A stretch of DNA of 64,000 nt from Octopus vulgaris (taxonomy: Eukaryota), in assembly GCA_951406725.2 (NCBI GenBank), contig OX597825.1, forward strand, positions 49,166,001 through 49,230,000, in the 5' to 3' direction. The notes beneath the pieces were generated by a model, which was given only the letters and a program-made list of their open reading frames with translations, had not been told where the DNA came from and searched no databases. This document shows positions 55,318 to 64,000 of the stretch, in pieces; positions within the stretch are counted from its first letter, which is position 1; each line of letters begins with the position of its first letter. A program made the translations under genes and the position numbers.

Positions 55318-55649
55318 AGAATTCATCCTTAGTTGAAAGACACCTGTTGTTATGTCTTGTAATTTGTATTTGTGTAACATTCTCCTTTTTTTCCGTGCTA
55401 GTTTTCGTATACATTCGCTGCTTCCTTCCATGAAATCTAATGCTTAGTTTTCCCTTGGGGCTGACCAGATTGGAGCAATCTGGAGTATACCCAGTCGAAA
55501 TTGCAAAGATAAACTGGAACATGACTGAGGAAAGAAAACTCTGAATGACCCGTCCTTGTTTTCTTTGTATCGTCTATCTGGATGTTTTGTTGCCCCTTTT
55601 TTGCATCACCTAATAGTTGTCTTGATGTCTTACGTTCTTGTCCCATTTT

Positions 55650-55652
<3 letters not shown>
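55318..55652 (+). repeat. Second copy of the 36335-36682 repeat
   Basis: Colinear similarity. Confidence 0.8.
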
Positions 55653-55696
<44 letters not shown>

Positions 55697-56560
55697 TTTG
55701 CTAACACCGACTTTTGATGATCGTAACTTTCAGAAAAATGGATATTTTTTAATGTAATTTTCTACGAATATGTGATATGTCATTTAGATTACGAATATAT
55801 AAAATGTTGGGGGAAGTGTTTTAGTAGGCTGTTAGGTTCGGAATTTCGGAAAATTCACCGGATTCCAATTCAATTCCTCATAACTTTCTAGAAAATGGAT
55901 ATGTTTTAATGAAACTCTCTATAGATACACCTCGGACTATGTAGATTCCGCACACATAGGAATTTTTTGGGGAAAAACTATTGGAGGTTATTTTTGAGAA
56001 CTGTTACATACTTGTGGGTGTTTCGGAACAAGTCGTCCATATTTGTTCCATTTGCTTCGTTTTTTGCATTTGTGAATCTGTAGATTTCTACTGAATCAAT
56101 AAACAGACAACGAAGGAAAATGAAGCTCCCACTAGAAAACTTATGACAAAAATAACAGTTAAATGTCTGGTACACAGAAATATGTTGTTAAGACGACTTA
56201 TCTGTTGCCTACGAGTTCAGGTAGACGTTTCTAATAGAAAAAAAGCAGAAGACACCAGAAACAAAAATAAATATACACGCACAGATATATATATAAACAT
56301 ATATATATATATATATAAAGTGTAAGGTATAATTTGTTATATAATCTCTATAGTAAACATGATATTGAATGGAATCATTCTCCGTTTGAACTTTTTTGAT
56401 TACATATGTGTGTGTATGACAGAAATCTACGGATGCACAAAGGTATAAAACGGAGTAAATGAAACAAATATGGAAACACATAGATACACATACACATGCA
56501 TACATGCATACAACGCATGCATGCAAATATATATATGTATATGTTTGTGGACAGTCCCAC

Positions 56561-56622
<62 letters not shown>

Positions 56623-56939
56623 AAGAATTTTGTACTTTCTGCTTTTTCCCTATTGTCGTTTCTCTCAATCCCCACTTGTTACCTTGCCTCTCTCTCCCTC
56701 CCTTTCTTTTTCCCTTTTCTCTTCTCTTCTCCCTTTTCCCCCCTTCTCTTTGTTTCTTCCTTCTTCCTCCTTCTTTGTCCCCTTGTTTTTATTTTTTTTT
56801 TCCTCCAACCTCTTGTACTTTTTTCTTCTCACGCCTTCTGTATCTTTTCTCCCCACACCTTTTCAATTTTTTATTTGCCTAACACTCTCCCCCTTTTTTC
56901 TCTTTTTATCGTTTCTTTCTCTTTCTTTCTCGTTTTTCA

Positions 56940-59120
56940 TTCATGCCTGATTACAAACCTTTCCTTTTCCACTTCCACCACCACCTAAAGAAAAACACAT
57001 TTCGAGACTTCCTTTCTGCTGCTATCAACCTTGTATTAACTTTTCCCTACTAATTTAAAAAAAAAACACGCTTCTTCAGCACGTTTCCTTTCTCAGTCGC
57101 TGCCTTCCTCACCGCCTCATCCCTAAAGTTTTCCGCCTCCATTTCCACCCTACTCTCCACTCTGCTTCAACAATCCTACCCATTTTCCGTACTACATCCT
57201 ACCGCCTTATGCGTGCCACCATTCGTACTAATCTCTCCAAAATACACACTATCGACCGCCTTCTCCCTCTTGCTTTTACCATCTTCTCCTCTCAGTTGCC
57301 CTCCCATACTAACATTACTTTACGTTACACAATTCATTTAAATCACCTCTTTCATCAATTTCTCGTTCACACCAAACAACGTAAACTCTACTCACTCCTC
57401 CATTCCATCACACCCAAAGCCACTACCCTAACTCCCCCTACCCCTCTCCCTCTCTGATACGCTCCTCCTACATCACCAAACCACTGACACTCCTAACCCC
57501 CACCCACATATCCCTCATTCTCTCCCTCCCAGCCTTCCACCACTCCACCACCCCTCCTACTTCTGTCCCATCCACGCCTTCTCCACTTGAGTCTATTGTT
57601 ACCATTCCTCCCCATCTTCACCTCTCTGAGGCGGAGCGCTCCCTCCTCATTAGGGGTCTACGTTTTATTCCGCTCAATCCATCCAATAACGAATTTCGGA
57701 CAAGTACCGAAATCCACGGCTTTATGCGCCGCGTTAGCTTGTGTGAGCTTTTCTGCGACACTCCACCTGCATCTAATGAGGAGGACTGCTTCACCGACCT
57801 GGGCCACCGACCATCCCAGTGGCCGCCAGCTCCTGGCCAGTTCCAAGCAGTCGATCTTTTTGCGGGCGTTTGCCAGCACGCTGTGTATCAGTTTGAATCT
57901 TTCAAGTGTCCTCGATATCTGAACATCTCCCCAGCCGAACTCTCGCCCTTCGATGTCTCCGACGCCGCACGGACATCATCATAAAATCGGCTGACAAGGG
58001 TGGAGCAGTGGCGGTGTGACGCCCGGACCTCTACAAAGCGTAAGCTCTCCGCCAACTTCAAGACACCTTATTTTACTGCCCTCTGCCCTCCATCCCCACA
58101 CCTAGCTACCAACAGACAATATCCTCCACTATCCATGAGGTCATCTCCTGCTCCCGTCTCTAACCTCATTGTCCACAAACCTAGCAATCCTGGCCGCCCC
58201 ATCGTCTCCGCCTGCAACTACCACACCGAACTCATCTCCGAATATCTTGACCGTGTCCTTGCCTCCCTAGTGTCTTCCATCCCCTCTCCCATCCATGACA
58301 CCAATTATGCTCTTCCTTTGCTCAACTCTTTCTCCTTCCCTCCTGGCCCCTCTAAACTTCTCTTCACTCTTGACATAAAGAGCCTATACACGGTGATCCC
58401 TCACCACGAGGGACTGCGTGCACTCCAATATTTCCTTGAACTTCGACTCAACCCCCAACCTGACACATCCACACTCCGTCTGACCGAACTTGTTCTCTCA
58501 CTTAACTGCTTCTCGTTCGCGGATGATTTTTACCAGCAGGCCTCGAGAGTGGCCATGGGAACGAGAAAGGATCTCAACTATGCGAGCTTGTTCGTTGGCT
58601 AGGTTGAGGCCCAAATATATTGAAGCTTCACTAGTCCCACCCCCGAACGATGCGGTCGTTATGTTGACGACTGTATTGGTGCGACCTCACTTACCTGCAA
58701 ACATCTAGACTCCTTCCTCTCTTTTGTCAAATCTTTCCATCCTGCCCTCCACTTTTCCTGCATTATTTCCGACATTTCAGTTGCCTTTCTCGACATTTTG
58801 GTCAGCATTCATCACACCACCCTCACCACTTCATCCACTGCAGACATACAGACTCACAATCATACCTCAACTTTTCCTCCTCCCACACTAAACACACCAA
58901 GCTCTCCATCCCCTATTCCCAATTCCTCCGTCTATGCAGGCTCTGCAATGACGTCCATGACTTTGAGACTAAGTCTCATTTCATGGCTCGCCACTTCATA
59001 CTACGTTGATTCTCCTCATCACTATCCACATCGCCCTCGCCTGAGCACTCTCCGTGAACCATGCATCTGCTCTCCTCTATGCACCCATCATCGACCCTAT
59101 CATATCACTCACTCCTGCAG
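56940..59120 (+). mobile_element. Penelope-like retroelement ORF (N-terminal region and RT), pseudogenised, no GIY-YIG end seen
   Basis: IIIKSADK, PGRPIVS, LFTLDIKSLYT, AMGT, RYVDD, AFLD, SIPYSQFLRL. Confidence 0.92.
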
Positions 59121-59487
59121 TTGAATTCCCTTTTGAAGTCAAAATACAACACAAGCATTTGAACGAATCTAAAGTTCATTCATTTCGAATCACTTCTTAG
59201 TGCTGTGAATACTTTGTGTGTGTGTGTGTATGTATATATATATATATTATAATATAAAAGGCTATTAATGTGTGTAAAAGTCAAACGCGTTGATGGGACT
59301 CTAAAAATCAAACTACTTTTAGATTCCCATTATAGCGTGTGGCATTTACACACAGTAAAAGCCCTTGATATAATGAAATCTATATATAAAGGAAAAAAGA
59401 GAAACATTGGATTAATTTGTTTCCTTAATTGGTTTACATGCTGGCTACTCGATAAAATCTTATATAGATTTTATCCTTATATGTATA

Positions 59488-59574
<87 letters not shown>

Positions 59575-59607
59575 ATGTGTGTGAGTGTATAAATATTATT
59601 TTCTATT

Positions 59608-59985
59608 TTTTACTTGTTTACGTCATTTGACTATGGCCATGATGGAGCACCATATTTAGTCTTTGTAAGCCTAGTACTTATTCTATTGGTGTCTTTTCCC
59701 GAACCGCTAAGATATAGGGACGTATACATACCAATATTAGTTGTCAAACCAGTATTGGGGGGGAGGGGAGCAAACGCAAACACGCACTCGAACACACACA
59801 CACACACACACATACATCTACATATATATGTTTCCGACGGCTTCTTTAAGTGTCTATCTATTAAATTCACTCACAAGCCTTTGGTCGGCCTGAGGGTACA
59901 GTAGAAGACACTGACCCAAGCTGGTACGCAGTGGATTTGAGCACAGAACCATGTGGTTGGGAAGCAAGCTTACCACCACACAACC
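59608..59985 (-). mobile_element. SINE family A, degenerate
   Basis: Same layout as 46022-46409. Confidence 0.82.
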
Positions 59986-59986
59986 A

Positions 59987-60046
<60 letters not shown>

Positions 60047-61552
60047 GCATACAAGCTCGCACACACTCACATATACACATATAAATATATGTATAAATAC
60101 ATACTTACATACCTGCATATATATGTATGCATATATATATGTGTTTGTGTGTGTACACATTATCTAGAAATATTTCTCGATGTTTGTGTAATTATCAATT
60201 ACATGCTCATTATCTGTTTTTGTATTTTTGATTAAGAGAAGAGTTTTTGAAGAATTGAAGTATTTATCGACAAGAAGTAGTGTTGAGTTCTATAAATGGC
60301 AGCGTTTAATATTGTAAGATATTATTTGTGGAGATATATGTTACTAAGCAATGGTCATCTCTTCTTTGTTTTAAACGTTTGGCATTGCGTATGATAGATA
60401 ATCTTATATCTGTTTGCTGTCAAACCGATATAATTTATGCATTTCTGATCATTGATAGATGTCACAAAGTCAGCAGGGATCATTGATATTTATAGAAAAT
60501 TGCCATTTACTGGATTTACATATGACGAATTATATTTATATTTCCCTATACTTATGTTATTCCTGCTATGACAATTTGAAATGTTCATTACAATTATTGA
60601 CGGATGATATCATCAAAGTTTGCGAATATTTGGCCGTCTTAGACGGAATTTGGATTAACGTATGCTCTATATTCATATCTAGAACAAATGTTGCTATGTT
60701 CACTTATTTCAGTTGCTGATATCGACTGAACGTTGTGGATAAAACCGAATGTATACGGAATATTCTACCCAACTACTTCGTTCCATCCACCTATTTGGTA
60801 AAATTTCATCAAAATAGACATTTTTATTACTATGGTAGTATAAGTATGCCTCATCTCACTGGAAATATAACTCCACACGTTCAAAAGTTACCTGGATGAA
60901 TGGCATGGCAGATTATCCAAGCAAGTTTAAATAAATGAGACCAGTCACATATCATCGAACAAGAACGGCCGAATTTATCATTTTGAAGAAAAGCCACCCC
61001 ATAGCGTGACCTCTCGCAAATTAACATGATGTACGTCCACATTTATATCAATCCTTTTTAGAAACTATACCTCTTTGATATACCAAGAAGCACTCGGAAA
61101 ATTGCACATTTCGTGTTGGATCATCTTCATGGTGAGCATAAACTAATCCTGAGTTGGGAATTATATAATAGTGGCGTTTCAAAATGCGACGCACATTTGC
61201 TTTTGAAATTCTTATCTTACATCTACTTTGCAGTACAGAGATTTTTGAATTCGTTTCTATTACTATTGCTCATTGTGAATCGACAAGAATATTTGTAGTA
61301 GGCATGCTGTACAATTCAATCAGCTTCAAACCTATAACTATTTCGAAACATAGTAAGTTAAGCTGGTGAATCTGTTTGAAATCCAGCTCTAAGCAGTCTA
61401 TTTACCTCGAGTACGTTTTCAAACTACTAGCAGCACATTAGGAAGAATTTTCTTTGTTCAAAACTTAGTCTGGCTTCTTTTCGGTATTCCTCATAGCTTA
61501 AATATAAAAAGATATGAAAATTGCGTATATATTTTGGAAGGATACCTTGCCT

Positions 61553-61688
<136 letters not shown>

Positions 61689-62909
61689 ATATATATATAT
61701 ATATATCCATCTCTCTTTTAGTCAGCCAGTCTGTTTGTCTCTCTGTTTAGCAATCTATGGATATAGCTAGCTATCCATACATACATGTATGTATGTGTAT
61801 ATAATATATGAGTTGAAAATGAATACAACAAGATATTCGAAAACAAGGGAGATAACAGAGATGTGAAGATAAGATATTTATCATCGACTTTGTAATGAAT
61901 CTTGAAAATAGAATAAAAAATATTTAGTAAATATATAACAAGAATGTATATAACATTTTTGGAGTGGTATCAAGAAAATTCTCTGATTTACAGAGAAAAT
62001 TTACAGGCACAGAAATACATGTTGATGAATAAATGTGTAAGAGTGGTAATCGGTGATATGTTAGAAAGAATATAATTAAAGTTACCGAAGAGAACTATAA
62101 AGTTAAATGTATTTGTATGTGTGTGTGTGTGTGTGTGTGAAAGACAGATGGGAGAGAAAGAGGCATGTGCGTATGAGTGGGCGTATATGCACATATGTGT
62201 ACACACACATGTACTATATGTACGTGCACAAATAATTACATGTACGCACAAACACACATGCACGCACACACACTTACACCCCCCACACACACACACATTA
62301 AGACTTAGTTTTGCGCAGCCATGATTCTAAAAGTTTTGAATTTTGAGAGGAGTAGGACATTTTTGATACTAATATACATACACATATAGTAATGAAAAAA
62401 AGAAATAATCCATGGATGGAATTTATAAATATTTTAATGCATCGCTACACATGTTATGAAGGTCCTGCTTTACAAAAAAAAAAAAGAAAAAGAAAAAAGG
62501 ATAAAAATTCGACTGAAATTCCTAAACATAGTGCTTCAGTATGGTTGCAGACTGAAGCAAATAAAAGGTTGGAGGTAAAATGCAAAATTAAATACAGTAA
62601 ATTTGTGGTTTGCATTAAATATCTATTTCGATTTTCGTGTCTTTTTTTATGCTCAAAATATCTAGGGAGGGAGCGAATAACGTTATTGATATTATCGATT
62701 GTATATATATATATATATATATTATATAATTAGGGCTTAGTAAAATAAATTACTTTGCCACATACTGGACTTAGTAGAAATAGCAGCCAAAAAAAATTTT
62801 CTTAGCATTTCTACTACTTAAAGAAAATTTCTCTCAGATAATGTTTACTCCAGACAGCTCACGAAGGTTTGGGGGTAAATACAGAAAAATATCACAAGTA
62901 CATAGATCG

Positions 62910-62972
62910 TTTGAGTACGTCAACGTTTCAAGATTAGCCAAATAAAATCAGCATTTCTTTCGTCAGCTCAAA
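62910..62972 (-). ncRNA. Type I hammerhead ribozyme, intact core
   Basis: Minus: tttgag-CTGACGA-aaga..tctt-GAAA-cgttgacg-TA-ctcaaa. Confidence 0.87.
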
Positions 62973-63374
62973 ATTTCTTAATTTGGATTTGGAAACACTA
63001 AAAAGAAGGAACTTTACCTATCAGCGAACTTGTCGCTTCAGATGAACCACTCCAACTAACAGTGTCAACAAATTCAAAATGCGCAGGCGTAAAATTCTGC
63101 ACTCCCCATTCTACCCACGTGGTCTATCTAGCAAACATCATATTTTAACCGCGAGAACCGAGGCAGTATGACCGAGAGAAATGAATCATAATATCAACAA
63201 TTGAGGGTAAAATTAATTAATTATATATATATATGATTTTGATTTTTGATTTTTCCAGTTTCAGCTAATGAGCTGTGGCCATGCTGAGGCATATATATAT
63301 ATATATATATATATACAATCGATAATATATATTTGATTAGAGTGAAGTGAATCAAAAATCGTGAGGTAATTAGT

Positions 63375-63450
63375 GTCTTACAGCTGTTTCTGAGATATAT
63401 GAGGTGATGGGTCATTATCTCCATACACTGTGTATTCCGTCATCAGAGAC
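63375..63450 (-). ncRNA. Type I hammerhead, core intact but stem II closing pair broken
   Basis: Minus: gtct-CTGATGA-cggaata..tatctca-GAAA-cagctg-TA-agac. Confidence 0.7.
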
Positions 63451-63561
63451 GAGGTGTGTATGCAGGGAAGTTCAAGACGGGATTCATAGTATATAAAAGA
63501 ATAAAACAGTAAATAGAAGAATAAAGACAGGAGAATAAAGTTCAAAGTTCATCTTGTTCTT

Positions 63562-63627
<66 letters not shown>

Positions 63628-63632
63628 ATTTC

Positions 63633-63663
<31 letters not shown>

Positions 63664-63673
63664 ATCTCTCTCT

Positions 63674-63731
<58 letters not shown>

Positions 63732-64000
63732 ATGCGTAAATAATGGACATTACATATTTTTCTTTATTGTAGTAAATTTGATTTACAGCTGTTTCCACAG
63801 GACTTTATAAATCCGTTATTGACAAGTTGGCATAATCTGCCTGTTCATAGGTTGACAAAAAAAGATGAACGACCTATAAAAGGAATGCTATATTCGTCAG
63901 AGTCATTTCTGGTTATGACGAAAATAGCATTAATTTTCTAGGTCATTCAATGTTTCCACACTGATCAATTGAACGATTGATTAAGCCTGTCAATAATGAA

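Noticed and set aside
60240-61480. Possible ancient mariner relic (similar hint at 11600-11900)
   Set aside because: Only faint motif echoes and no TIRs; too weak to call.

Overview
This is AT-rich, repeat-dominated animal genomic DNA. The SINE families and the dense (TA)n/(ATT)n/(TATC)n microsatellites suggest an octopod cephalopod (inference). Only one intact protein-coding region is supported: a rhodopsin-like peptide GPCR on the minus strand (8486-9709), whose coding exon starts at a splice acceptor 1 nt before the ATG. The rest is transposon debris: CR1/L2-type, RTE and Tx1/L1 LINE fragments, Penelope-like RT fragments, a Gypsy LTR element, mariner/pogo/hAT relics, Helentron-like repeats and over 20 tRNA-derived SINE copies. 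Main leads: (1) type I hammerhead ribozymes, two with intact cores and several decayed, in small elements embedded in TA repeats, one forming a 583-bp retrozyme-like partial tandem and one on a tRNA-headed element; (2) two diverged ORF1-only (HAL1-like) elements stacked at one site in the Gypsy protease, sharing a 3' tail with a Tx1 LINE and a SINE; (3) visible SINE-LINE tail sharing and tail swapping; (4) a duplicated non-coding minus-strand exon candidate upstream of the GPCR. All calls are by eye and repeat boundaries are approximate.
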